Shown here in pieces: positions 30,182 to 39,364 of a DNA stretch of 64,000 nt (position 1 is its first letter; every line of letters starts with the position of its first letter). The stretch lies in contig CAVVVI010000003.1 in assembly GCA_963751795.1 (NCBI GenBank), forward strand, positions 79,286 to 143,285, in the 5' to 3' direction. The stretch is from an uncultured Alphaproteobacteria bacterium. Lineage in GTDB: Bacteria > Pseudomonadota > Alphaproteobacteria > Acetobacterales > Acetobacteraceae. The notes below the pieces were generated by a model. That model did no database searches and had not been told where the DNA came from. It saw only the letters and a list, made by a program, of their open reading frames with translations. The translations under genes and the position numbers were made by a program.

Positions 30182-32365
30182 CTAGGGCGTGAAGGTGAAG
30201 GCGGCGCCTCGGTTGAGGTCGCTGCCAGCCGTTGTTGTGCCGTACAGCACGCCGGCGACATCGACCAGGGCGGCGGCTGGTGCTGCGCCGTCGGCACCGC
30301 CGGTAAACGAATACAGCGTGGTTTTGGTGGCCGTGGCGGGGTCGAACACGAAGATGGTCCCCAGATTGTTCGTGCCGCCGGCGAGGGTCGATCCGTAGAG
30401 TTTGCCGCCGACATCGAGCAGCGCCGCGCTGGGCCGGGCGCCGTCTGCGCCGCCCTCGAAACCGTAGGCGGTGGCGATGGCGCCGCTGGCCGGGTTGAGG
30501 GTGGTGATGGTGCCGGCATTGGCGGTATCGCCCGGTGTCGTTGCGTAGAGGACGCCGTTCACGGCGACGAAGGCCGAGAGGTGGGCGTTGGTGTCGAGCA
30601 TGACGCTGTCGGCGAGCGTGCCCAGCACCGTCTCCGCGTGGGTCGTCAGATCGACGCCGTAGATGACGCTGAACATTGCCTGGGTGTTGGCCCGCAGGCC
30701 GAACAGCTTGCCGTTGTTCAGGGTCAGCGCTGTCGCGTCATCGTAGGTCTGTCGCGGACCGCCCAGCGCCCGGTTGTTGTTGAGCGTGCTCTCCTTGCCG
30801 CCGACCGTCGCGATGCGGAAGACCACGCCATTGGCGTAGGTGCCGTTCAGTGTCGTGGTGCCGTAGAGCGTTTTGCCGACGGGGGTGAGGGCGGCGACCG
30901 GGCGCTGGCCGTCTGCCCCGCTGGTGACGGTATAGACGACATGTTCGGCGTTGGTGGCGGGGGAGAACGCGTAGACGACGCCGCCGTGGAAGGAGTCGCC
31001 GCCTGCCGACGTGGTTCCGTACAGCGACGTTCCGACCTGGGCCAGGCCCGACAGTGGCGTCGCACCGTCGGCGCCGCCGGTGAAGGCGTAGGCGATGGCG
31101 ACTTTCTTGGTTTTTGGATCGACGGAGAGGATGTCGCCGACGCCGGCGCTGCCGCCGTTGGACGAAACAGCGAACAGCTTTCCGCCGAACGGAAAGAATG
31201 CGCTGTTCACCGTGGGCGTGGCGTAATGGAAGGTATGCAGGATCTGCTCTGTGCCCTGCGCAGCGTCGATCTTGTAGATCGTGCCGAGATTGCCGCCGGT
31301 TCCGCCGGCCTGATTGGTGCCGTAGAGCGCGCCTGCCACATCGGTGAGCGCGCCTGTGGGCGTGGCTCCGTCGCCGGCTTCCGCCTGGAAGCTGTACACG
31401 AGCTTTTCGGTGTTGGCCGTCAGGTCGTACGAGAAGACGCCGCCGAGTGATTCGGAACCGCCCATGCTGACGGTGCCGTAGAGCAGATTGCCGATGCTGA
31501 TCAGGCCGGCCATCGGGCTGAGGCCGGTCTGGTTGCCGGTGAAGGTGAAGAGGAGGGTTGTGGCGCCGGTGGACGGGTTGGTGCTGTAGAGGCCGCCGCC
31601 TGGCGCCTGGCCCGTGGCCGACAGGGTGCCGTAGAGCAATCCGGACACCAGCGCGAGGCCGCCGGACGGCGTGTGGGGGCCCGTCGCGGCGAAGCTATGC
31701 AGCGTGGTGTAGGTGCTGGTTGCCGTATCGAAGCTGAAGACCGTGTCGTTGGCCGTTCCGTACAGGGTGGTGCCGGTTGCCAGGAGCGGACCCAGCGCGT
31801 GCGTCCCGGCCGGAAAGGTGTAGGCCGGAGACTCGACGCCGCTGGAGGGATTGAAGCGGAAGAGTGTGGACGCGCTTCCGCTGTCGCCGGCGGTGACGCC
31901 GTAGAGCGAGCCGCCGACATCGACGAGCCCGCCCTGTGGCGCGGCGCCATCCAGGCCGCCGGTGAAGCTGTAGGCGACTGTGCGCTTGCCTGTTGCCGGA
32001 TCGATCGCGAACAGGGTGCCGGCACCCTGCCGGCCGGCGCGTGCGGTGGTGCCGTAGAGCAGGTTGCCGACCGCGATCAGGCCGCATCGGGGCTGGCTGC
32101 CGTCGGCGCCGCCCTGGAACGCGCTCAGCGTCGTCTCGGCGTTGGTTGCCGGGTCGATCGAGAAGACGGTTCCGCTGGCCCAGTTGCCGCCGTTTGCGGC
32201 CGTGCCGTAGAGACGGCCGTTGTATTCGAGCAGATTGGCCGCGGGCTGCGCACCATCCTGCAATCCCTGGAACGCGTAGAAGGGCGAGAGGGACGACGCG
32301 GGGGCGGCGCCGGGCAGGGCCGAGAGCGACAACCCGGCGGCCAGGCAAATCGATCGCACGCGCAT
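30182..32365 (-). CDS. secreted tandem-repeat protein (Gloeo_Verruco/GloVer-type repeats)
   Basis: About 15 units of roughly 45-50 aa: ...LYGTT..GG..G.GT(V/I/L)F..(D/N)P.TG....(L/V)(Y/H)SF.GG.DG..P...L... Start set to ATG 32365 (MRVRSICLAAGLSLSALPGAAPA). Confidence 0.8.
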   Translation of the reverse strand: MRVRSICLAAGLSLSALPGAAPASSLSPFYAFQGLQDGAQPAANLLEYNGRLYGTAANGGNWASGTVFSIDPATNAETTLSAFQGGADGSQPRCGLIAVGNLLYGTTARAGRQGAGTLFAIDPATGKRTVAYSFTGGLDGAAPQGGLVDVGGSLYGVTAGDSGSASTLFRFNPSSGVESPAYTFPAGTHALGPLLATGTTLYGTANDTVFSFDTATSTYTTLHSFAATGPHTPSGGLALVSGLLYGTLSATGQAPGGGLYSTNPSTGATTLLFTFTGNQTGLSPMAGLISIGNLLYGTVSMGGSESLGGVFSYDLTANTEKLVYSFQAEAGDGATPTGALTDVAGALYGTNQAGGTGGNLGTIYKIDAAQGTEQILHTFHYATPTVNSAFFPFGGKLFAVSSNGGSAGVGDILSVDPKTKKVAIAYAFTGGADGATPLSGLAQVGTSLYGTTSAGGDSFHGGVVYAFSPATNAEHVVYTVTSGADGQRPVAALTPVGKTLYGTTTLNGTYANGVVFRIATVGGKESTLNNNRALGGPRQTYDDATALTLNNGKLFGLRANTQAMFSVIYGVDLTTHAETVLGTLADSVMLDTNAHLSAFVAVNGVLYATTPGDTANAGTITTLNPASGAIATAYGFEGGADGARPSAALLDVGGKLYGSTLAGGTNNLGTIFVFDPATATKTTLYSFTGGADGAAPAAALVDVAGVLYGTTTAGSDLNRGAAFTFTP

Positions 32366-32562
32366 GTTCGGCTGCCCCACGTTGATGTGGGACGGCCGTA
32401 GCATGGCCGACCGTGATTGTTCCACATACTCCCGATTGCAACCGGCCGGGTAACGTCGGGCCGTCGCAGCGCGGCTATGCCGTCGGGAGCGTTGCTGTCA
32501 CCGGATTATGACGATGGCTTGCGGGAGGTTTGCGCCGCCGCACGCACGCGGGCAGGTTGGAT

Positions 32563-33093
32563 TTACGCCGGGGTAGCGACCTCGCCGTCGAGGGTGGCGG
32601 CGACGGCGTGGATGGTGGCGGCGATGCGGATGGCGGTTTGGACCTGGTCCTGGCTGAGGCCGGCCTGGCGGACGACTTTCTCGTGGGCTTGCATGCACAT
32701 GCCGCAGCCGTTGATGGCGGAGACGGCGAGGGACCAGAGTTCGAAATCGGTTTTTTCCACGCCGGGCTTGCCGATGACGTTCATGCGCAGGCGGGCGGGC
32801 AGGTTAGGGTAGTCGCCGCCGATGAGGTGGGTGAAGCGGTAGTAGATGTTGTTCATGGCCATGATGGCGGCGGCGGCGCGGGCGGCGGCGAGCGCCTCAG
32901 GCGACAAAGCGGGTGCGAATTCGGCGGTGACGGCCTGGGTGACGGTGGCGTTGCGCGAGGCCAGGGCCGAGGCGATGAAGGTGCCGGCGCGCTGTTGCGG
33001 GGTGAGCGTGGTGTCCATGGCCAGCGAGCCGAGGTTGAGGCGGATGTCCTTGGCGTAGTCGGGGATGGCGGCCTTGAGGGCTTCGATGGACAT
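32563..33093 (-). CDS. ahpD: alkyl hydroperoxide reductase AhpD (carboxymuconolactone decarboxylase family)
   Basis: [21 protein letters not shown]...[15 protein letters not shown] (CxxC). Lies downstream of ahpC. Confidence 0.88.
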   Translation of the reverse strand: MSIEALKAAIPDYAKDIRLNLGSLAMDTTLTPQQRAGTFIASALASRNATVTQAVTAEFAPALSPEALAAARAAAAIMAMNNIYYRFTHLIGGDYPNLPARLRMNVIGKPGVEKTDFELWSLAVSAINGCGMCMQAHEKVVRQAGLSQDQVQTAIRIAATIHAVAATLDGEVATPA

Positions 33094-33129
33094 GGCTTGT
33101 CTCCGGCTGGGCGATGACGTGGGTGTAGG

Positions 33130-33249
33130 AAGGCCAGGGGCTCTGCCCCTGGACCCCGTTGGGGTCTGAGACCCAAACCCCCCTCCTTAAGTCTAGGATT
33201 TCAAAGGCTCGCCTTTGCTGGGGTCAAGGGGCAAAGCCCCTTGCCTTCC
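33130..33249. repeat. REP family 1, full copy, in the ahpC-ahpD intergenic spacer
   Basis: AAGGCCAGGGGCTCTGCCCCTGGACCCCGTTGGGGTCTGAGACCC...GGGGTCAAGGGGCAAAGCCCCTTGCCTTC. Confidence 0.9.
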
Positions 33250-33257
33250 TTGGCGTG

Positions 33258-33812
33258 CTAGGCGGCGGGGCGGAGGAAATCCTCGCCGGCGTTCCAGTTG
33301 CAGGGGCACAGCTCGTCGCTCTGCAGCGCATCGAGCACGCGCATGACTTCACCCGGGTTGCGGCCGACATTGAGGCCGTTGACGCTGGCGAACTGGATGA
33401 TGCCCTGGGGATCGACCAGGAAGGTTGCGCGCAGCGCCACGCCCTCGTTGCGGTCGAGCACGCCGAGCGCGGTGCTCAGCTCGCGCTTGACGTCGGCCAG
33501 CATGGGGATGGTGAGGCCACGCAGCTCGTCGTGGTGCAGGCGCCAGTTGAGGTGAACGAACTCGCTGTCGGTGCTGACGCCGTAGACGACGCAGTCGCGG
33601 TCGGCGAAGTCCGACGCGAGCTTGTCGAAAGCCACGATCTCGGTGGGGCAGACGAAGGTGAAATCCTTCGGCCAGAAGAAGACGAGCTTCCACTTGCCGG
33701 CGTCGCTGGAAGCGGTGATGCGGGTGAAGGCATCCTTGAGGTTGAGGCCGTCCGGGCCGCCCTTGACGGCGGCGAGGTCGAAGGCGGGGAACTGGTCGCC
33801 GATAGTCAGCAT
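33258..33812 (-). CDS. ahpC: peroxiredoxin AhpC (2-Cys)
   Basis: MLTIGDQFPAFDL...KWKLVFFWPKDFTFVCPTEI...LCPCNW. Start set to ATG 33812. Confidence 0.9.
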   Translation of the reverse strand: MLTIGDQFPAFDLAAVKGGPDGLNLKDAFTRITASSDAGKWKLVFFWPKDFTFVCPTEIVAFDKLASDFADRDCVVYGVSTDSEFVHLNWRLHHDELRGLTIPMLADVKRELSTALGVLDRNEGVALRATFLVDPQGIIQFASVNGLNVGRNPGEVMRVLDALQSDELCPCNWNAGEDFLRPAA

Positions 33813-34003
33813 GGTGGGTCTCCTGGCTGTGCTGCGATGCAGCGAACTTGCTGCACTGCGATATGGCACAGGAGGCGGCTTCGTCCAGTGGCGGGGATGC
33901 AACGGTGGCAGGATGGTGATGCGGGGCTGCGCTGCGCGGCGTGGCGGCAGGTTTTTGCGGGCGTGGGGCTGTTGGCGGGATGCGGCGGCCCTATCCTGAG
34001 ACT

Positions 34004-34564
34004 ATGCGCAAGACACCGATCGTGCTCGCTTTCGTGGGCGTGCTGGCTGTGATGCTCGGCATCACCTCGTATTCCGTGACGCTGTATCGGCTATTCTGCC
34101 AGGTGACCGGGGCGGGGGGCACCACGCAGCGTGTGGCGGTGGGCAGCACCGTGCAGACGGATCGGGTGGTGCGGGTGTTCTTCGATACCTCGGTGGCGCC
34201 GGGGTTGCCCTGGGTGTTCGAGCCCTCCCAACGTTCGGTGCAGGTGCATCTGGGGCAGGACGCGATGGCGTTCTTCGAGGCCACCAATACTTCGGACCAC
34301 GACATCGTGGGGCACGCGACATTCAACGTGACGCCGGACAAGGTGGGGCCGTATTTCAAGAAGGTGCAGTGCTTCTGCTTCAACGAGGAGCGGCTGCGCG
34401 CCGGCGAGCATGTGCAGATGCCGGTGACGTTCTTCGTGGACCCCGACATGGCGCGGCACCCCGACACCGCCGACGTGCACGAGATCACGCTGCATTACAC
34501 GTTCTTCCAGTCCAAGCGGCCGGAGGATGCGGTGGCGCTGTCGCGGTTCGCGCGCAAATCTTGA
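34004..34564 (+). CDS. ctaG: cytochrome c oxidase assembly protein CtaG/Cox11
   Basis: TM anchor, then LYRLFCQVTGAGGTTQR...VQCFCFNEERL... Confidence 0.88.
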   Translation: MRKTPIVLAFVGVLAVMLGITSYSVTLYRLFCQVTGAGGTTQRVAVGSTVQTDRVVRVFFDTSVAPGLPWVFEPSQRSVQVHLGQDAMAFFEATNTSDHDIVGHATFNVTPDKVGPYFKKVQCFCFNEERLRAGEHVQMPVTFFVDPDMARHPDTADVHEITLHYTFFQSKRPEDAVALSRFARKS

Positions 34565-35016
34565 CGACGATTTACGTGGACGGGGACGCCTGCCCGGTGC
34601 GCGAGGAGGTGTATCGGGTGGCGGGACGGCTGGGGGTGGCGGTAGTGGTGGTGAGTAACGGCTCGCGCCCGATCCGGCCGCCGGGGCTGGATTTCGTGCG
34701 GCTGGTGACGGTGGGCGAGGGGCCGGACGTGGCCGATGACTGGATTGCCGAGCGGGTTGTGCCGGGCGATGTGTGCGTGACCGGGGATATTCCGCTGGCG
34801 CAGCGCTGCCTGGCGGCGGGTGCGGCGGCGCTATCGTCGCATGGGCGGGTGTGGACGGCGGATAATATCGGCGGCGCGCTGGCCGGGCGGGCGGTGAGCG
34901 CGCATCTGCGCGAGCTGGGCGTGGCGACGGGCGGGCCGGCGGCGATGGTGGCGGCGGACCGCTCGCGGTTTTTGAGCGCGCTGGACACGATGGTGGTGCG
35001 GGCGCTGCGGGGGTAG
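34561..35016 (+). CDS. YaiI/YqxD family protein (UPF0178)
   Basis: TTIYVDGDACPVREEVYRVAGRLGV...VTGDIPLAQRCL. TTG 34561 overlaps the ctaG stop. Confidence 0.7.
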   Translation: MTTIYVDGDACPVREEVYRVAGRLGVAVVVVSNGSRPIRPPGLDFVRLVTVGEGPDVADDWIAERVVPGDVCVTGDIPLAQRCLAAGAAALSSHGRVWTADNIGGALAGRAVSAHLRELGVATGGPAAMVAADRSRFLSALDTMVVRALRG

Positions 35017-35045
35017 GACCGGGGTTTCGGGGCAAGGGGGCGGGC

Positions 35046-35879
35046 GTGGAAGCAGTTGAGCGGTGGGTGGGCTATCTGTTGGCGGGACGGTTCTACCGCA
35101 TGGCGCTGAATTGCTGGGGCGATCCGGCGGCGCCGCCGGTGGTGTGCGTGCATGGGTTGAGCCGGAACGCGCGCGATTTCGACGTGCTGGCGGCGGCGCT
35201 GGCCGATCGGCGGTATGTGATCTGCGTGGATCTGCCGGGGCGCGGGCGGTCGGATTGGCTGGCCGCGCCGGAGCTTTACGCGCCGCCGAGCTATGTGGTG
35301 GCGCTGGGGCATCTGCTGGCGCAGATCGGGCGGCCGGTGGATTGGGTCGGCACGTCGTTGGGCGGGATCTGCGGCATGCTGGTGGCGGCAGCGGCCGGCA
35401 ATCCGGTGCGGCGGCTGGTGTGCAACGATATCGGGCCGTTTCTGCCGAAGGCGGCGCTGGAACGGATTGTCGGGTATGTGGGGCATATTCCGGATTGTGC
35501 CGATGTTGCCGGGATCGAAGCGCATCTGCGGCGGGTGCATGCGGCGTTCGGGAAGCTGACGGACGCGCAATGGGCGGCGATGGCGGCCCATTCCTCGCGC
35601 GTGCGGGAGGATGGGCGGGTGACGCTGCATTTCGACCCGGCGATGGTGGTGCCGCTGCTGGCGAGCACGCCGGCGGATACGGATATGTGGGCGGTGTGGG
35701 AGGCGATAACCGCGCCGGTTCTGGCGATCCGCGGGGCGCAGAGTGATTTGTTGTTGCCGGAGACATTTTCGCGGATGGGCGAGCGGTGCCGGACTTATGT
35801 GGTGGATGACGCGGGGCATGCGCCGGCGTTGATGGATGCGGCTTCGGTGGGGGTGATTGCGGGGTTTTTGGACGGGTAG
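35046..35879 (+). CDS. alpha/beta hydrolase
   Basis: PVVCVHGLSRNARDFD...WVGTSLGGICG (nucleophile elbow)...DDAGHAPAL. Confidence 0.8.
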   Translation: MEAVERWVGYLLAGRFYRMALNCWGDPAAPPVVCVHGLSRNARDFDVLAAALADRRYVICVDLPGRGRSDWLAAPELYAPPSYVVALGHLLAQIGRPVDWVGTSLGGICGMLVAAAAGNPVRRLVCNDIGPFLPKAALERIVGYVGHIPDCADVAGIEAHLRRVHAAFGKLTDAQWAAMAAHSSRVREDGRVTLHFDPAMVVPLLASTPADTDMWAVWEAITAPVLAIRGAQSDLLLPETFSRMGERCRTYVVDDAGHAPALMDAASVGVIAGFLDG

Positions 35880-35959
35880 GGGAGCGGTGAGCGGGGCAGT
35901 TTCGGGTTGCGGGTGGCGCTTGGGCGGGCAGGGGCGGCGCACGCGCTGCCGCGATTTAG

Positions 35960-36142
35960 ACGCTCGTCGAGATTGCCATGCTCAGCAACGTCAATCCCGA
36001 AGCTTGGCTGCGCGATGTTCTAACCCGTATCGGCGATGGGTGTCCGGCCAACCGCGTTTTGCAGTTAGTGCTGGGTTTGGTCACCGATACCTACCGGCGA
36101 CATTGCCTCCGGCCGCTGAGGCAGGACGACGCATCAACGTAG
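35960..36142 (+). mobile_element. IS66-family transposase C-terminal remnant
   Basis: TLVEIAMLSNVNPEAWLRDVLTRIGDGCPANRVLQLVL. This matches the characteristic IS66 TnpC C-terminus (...NGVNPxAWLxDVLxRI..HP..R..ELLPW) and is preceded by a stop, so only a fragment remains. Confidence 0.7.
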
Positions 36143-36163
36143 TTTAGAGCTGGCAGAGACTGG

Positions 36164-36568
36164 CTATCTGGGTACTTCAAACCCGTTCATCTGCGAAAAC
36201 GTTCGAACGAGGTCGTCACAGGCCGTCTTTGACGCTTCGCACTCCACGCTCATGACAACTGATGATCCAGTTCCCTTGGGGGTGACTTGTCGCTTCACAA
36301 TGGCGGGGTAAGCTGGAGAGGTCGGGGGAGCGATGGACCAAATCGTGTAAGCCGCCCGATCGGTAGCGATAATCCATCCGTTCTCGCTCGTGAAAACGAT
36401 ATCGCTCCGGGCATGCAAGGCTTCTACGGCGGCGGCTACTGACGGATACCCGGTGACTGGTTCGGAGGTTTCGGGGATGGGGGACCGGGATTGCTCAGCA
36501 TGTGCCGTGGCAAACGACAGCGTTGCCGCAAAAGTGGAAGCTGCCAGCGCGTTACGGATGCTTGCCAT
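36164..36568 (-). CDS. secreted hypothetical protein (AT-rich islet)
   Basis: Signal peptide MASIRNALAASTFAATLSFATAHA. No family recognised. Confidence 0.5.
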   Translation of the reverse strand: MASIRNALAASTFAATLSFATAHAEQSRSPIPETSEPVTGYPSVAAAVEALHARSDIVFTSENGWIIATDRAAYTIWSIAPPTSPAYPAIVKRQVTPKGTGSSVVMSVECEASKTACDDLVRTFSQMNGFEVPR

Positions 36569-36861
36569 CCGTTACGGTGCGAGGCGGAATGCCGAAGGTC
36601 AATGCCTTCCACTGGTGGACAGTAATCGGATTAAGCCGGACGCTTACGTTGCGCGAGTGGCCACCGGAACGTGACTCGGTGATGGCGGCCGTAGTGAAGA
36701 GAAGTTCGCCGTTTCCGTCGGATGAGATGCCCGAGAGCGGTGTTCGAGGCGACGAGACGGGAGCGCTGCGTTGCCAGACGCTGTTGGCGCGGCGGCGGCG
36801 GGCGCGGGCTAGGATGTGAACCCATAAATGAGGGGCGACCGCAGCGGACAGCAGCTATGAC

Positions 36862-37203
36862 TTATCGAGCGTAATATGCCTTGTAGTCGCCATATGTGGA
36901 GAACAGCGATTTAAAATCGTCGCCGTCCTGAAACCATACGGTAAGCTGTTTTCCAATCTCAGGATCATTCCAGTCTTCGATTGCTAAAGACGCGGTTTCG
37001 AGAGGACCATGCTGATCGGCATCCACTGACAATGATCGACCCTTATCATCGATATAGTCGCCTTCTATGGTATTCGCGTGCTTGTCGCGATTATAATGAT
37101 CCGAGGGCGAGAAGGGACCGAACGCAACGCCCATAGGTGGGTCAAGATGCTCAAGGATGGCGGTGCCAATGGCAATTCCATTCTGGTAAACGCGGACCTG
37201 CAT
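36862..37203 (-). CDS. small acidic hypothetical protein (AT-rich islet)
   Basis: MQVRVYQNGIAIGTAILEHLDPPMGVAFGPF...DWNDPEIGKQLTVWFQDGDDFKSLF. ATG 37203 preferred over GTG 37218. Confidence 0.5.
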   Translation of the reverse strand: MQVRVYQNGIAIGTAILEHLDPPMGVAFGPFSPSDHYNRDKHANTIEGDYIDDKGRSLSVDADQHGPLETASLAIEDWNDPEIGKQLTVWFQDGDDFKSLFSTYGDYKAYYAR

Positions 37204-37261
37204 GAGGAAGCTTCTCACGCCCGCACGGTGCCGGCAACTGCGGTTATTTTTGGCCGCCGGC

Positions 37262-38062
37262 TTATCTGCAGTGTCAAACTCTGGTTCAAAGTTGGCATGA
37301 GCCGATATGATCTGACGGACGTCGAGTGGCGCGTGATCGAGCCGCTGCTGCCCAACAAACCTAGAGGCGTCCCGCGCGTCGATGACCGCCGCGTACTGAA
37401 CGGCATCTTTTGGGTGCTGCGATCTGGTGCGCCGTGGCGCGACCTGCCCGAGCGCTATGGCCCCCGCACAACCTGCTACAACCGCTTCTCACGATGGCGG
37501 AAGGCAGCGTGTGGGACCGGCTGTTCGACGCCATCAGCACCGCGCACGACGGCGAAATCCAGATGATCGACAGCACTTCAATCCGGGCGCACCAGCAGGC
37601 TGCGACGGCAAAAAGGGGGGTGCAGATCATTGTCTCGGTCGCTCCAGAGGCGGCCTCACGACCAAGATCCATGTCGTCGTTGATGCGCAGGGGCTGCCGT
37701 TCCGGCTCGGCCTAACCGCTGGACAAACGCACGACGGGCAGATCGCCGACACGCTGCTCGACAATCTCGGCCCGCGTACCATCGTGCTGGCTGACAAGGC
37801 TTATGACGCCGACCGCATTCGGGAGCTGATCCAAGACCAAGGAGCCACGCCAAACATCCCACCCAAAAGCAACCGGAAATGGAAGCCCTGCTTCAGCAAG
37901 CGGCTCTACCGTGAGCGCAACCTGATCGAGCGGTTCTTCTCCAAGCTGAAGCATTTCCGCCGCGTCGCCACCCGTTATGATAAGCTTGCCCCAAACTTCC
38001 TAGCCATGATCCAACTCGCCTCTATACGGCTATGGCTTCGCGCTTATGAGTTTACGACCTAG
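37262..38062 (+). mobile_element. IS5-family insertion sequence (IS427/IS1031-like); ends approximate
   Basis: Transposase 37297..38062: MSRYDLTDVEWRVIEPLLPNKPRGVPRVDDRRVLNGIFWVLRSGAPWRDLPERYGP...RSRGGLTTKIHVVVDAQG...DKAYDADRIR...ERFFSKLKHFRRVATRYDK. Imperfect terminal repeats GTGTCAAACTC (37271-81) and GAGTTTACGAC (38048-58). Confidence 0.85.
37610..37620 (+). other. A5G6 slippery run, probable programmed -1 ribosomal frameshift site of the IS transposase
   Basis: ...ATAKRG in the orfA frame continues as KKGGADHCLGRSRGGLTTK in the -1 frame across AAAAAGGGGGG. This is the position where IS427-type elements frameshift. Confidence 0.6.
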
Positions 38063-38241
38063 ATCGAGGTGGCGACGTGGTTGAAGAGGGTGCTGAGGGT
38101 TTTGCCGAAGCTGGTGAAGATGGTGACCAGGACGAGGCCGAGGATGCTGGCGATGATGCCGTATTCGAGCGCGGTGACGGCGCGGCGGTCGGCCAGCCAG
38201 GCGGCGCGCTGTGCTTGGAGCTGGGACATGAGGGTGCGCAT
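38059..38241 (-). CDS. Flp/Fap family type IVb pilin (orphan)
   Basis: ...DRRAVTALEYGIIASILGLVLVTIF... (Flp motif). The stop shares the CTAG at 38059..38062 with the transposase stop. Confidence 0.75.
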   Translation of the reverse strand: MRTLMSQLQAQRAAWLADRRAVTALEYGIIASILGLVLVTIFTSFGKTLSTLFNHVATSI

Positions 38242-38316
38242 GGGGCTCCTGGGGCAGCGTCTGCGTGGTTGCTTGCGTAACGAATAGGCCGTGGGCGGGT
38301 CGCGGTCAATCTAAAA

Positions 38317-39179
38317 TTAGAGGCGGGGTGTCTCGGCTGTTGCGTTTGGTGGGTTGAGGGTGGCGAGGGCGGCGCGCAGGGCGGCGAGGCGGGCGGGGGG
38401 CAGGGGGTCGGCGATGTCGTTGCGATTGTAGGTGTCGAACTCGGCGGCTTTGCGGATGGCGACGTCGCTGGGGTAGCCGCGGCGGAGCTTGGCGGCCCAG
38501 TGGGCGCGCGAGCGGGTGAAGTAATGGTTGATGCGGGCGGTGGCGTAGTCGGGCACATCGAGGCTGACGCCGGGGAGGATGCCGCCGAGCTCGGGGGCGG
38601 GCCACCATTGCATGCGGCGGCCGCGCGGGGTGGCGTAGCTGCCGAGGGGGCCGCCGGCCAGATCGAAGCAATGCGGGTTGAGGCAGCGGGCGGCCAGGCC
38701 GGGGCGGATGATGGATTTGACGTGGCGGGTGGGGAAGAAATCGGTGCCGGCGCGGCGGGTGAAGCTTTCGGTGACCAGGCCGGGGGAAAATCCTCGTGCC
38801 CGTCGGCGCCGTAGATGGCCCAGTTGAGTGCGATGCCGGTCCAGCCATCGAAGCGGGCGAGGTAGGTGTTGATGGGTTCGCCGCTGGTGATGACGACGAA
38901 TTCGTCGGAATCGACGAAGGCGATCCAGTCGAATTCCAGGCGGTAGGCGGTGCAGGCGGCTTCGTAGGCGGCGGTTTGGCTGTCGGGGCCGCTATGGGGC
39001 CAGTGGTGGTAGCGGATGTCGTGCGTGCGGGCGGCGGATTGGATGATGGCGGTGGTGCCGTCGTTCGACGCGTTGTCGAAGATGATCTGCGCATCGAAGC
39101 CGGCGAGCGCGTGGAAGGCGATCCATTCGGCGATGTCGCGGGCTTCGTTGCGGACGATGAGGCAGATGGCGGATTTCAT
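38317..39179 (-). pseudogene. glycosyltransferase family 2/92-like, apparent 1-nt deletion
   Basis: MKSAICLIVRNEARDIAEWIAFHALAGFD...AIYGADGHEDFPP is in one frame. GLVTESFTRRAGTDFFPTRHVKSIIRPG...INHYFTRSRAHW is in the next. The G5 run at 38782-86 would need to be G6. Confidence 0.8.
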
Positions 39180-39233
39180 GTGCGCCGATGCTAGAGCATG
39201 ATCGTATTGGGTTGGCTATGACGGCGGTGGGGG

Positions 39234-39343
39234 AAGGCCAGGGGCTCTGCCCCTGGACCCCGTTGGGGTTTGAAACCCCAAACCCCCAAATGTTTCCGAA
39301 GGCTCGCCTTTGGTGGGGTCGAGGGGCAAAGCCCTTTGCCTTG
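39234..39343. repeat. REP family 1, full copy, in a divergent intergenic region
   Basis: GAAGGCCAGGGGCTCTGCCCCTGGACCCCGTTGGGGTTTGAAACCCCAAACCCCC...GGGGTCGAGGGGCAAAGCCCTTTGCCTTGG. Confidence 0.9.
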
Positions 39344-39364
39344 GCGAGCGGGGGGATGTGATTG

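Noticed and set aside
36569-36861. Possible gene fragment between the two AT-rich ORFs (minus frame ...ISSDGNGELLFTTAAITESRSGGHSRNVSVRLNPITVHQWKALTFGIPPR...)
   Set aside because: No start codon in frame, the upstream part is poly-Arg junk, and no family is recognised.
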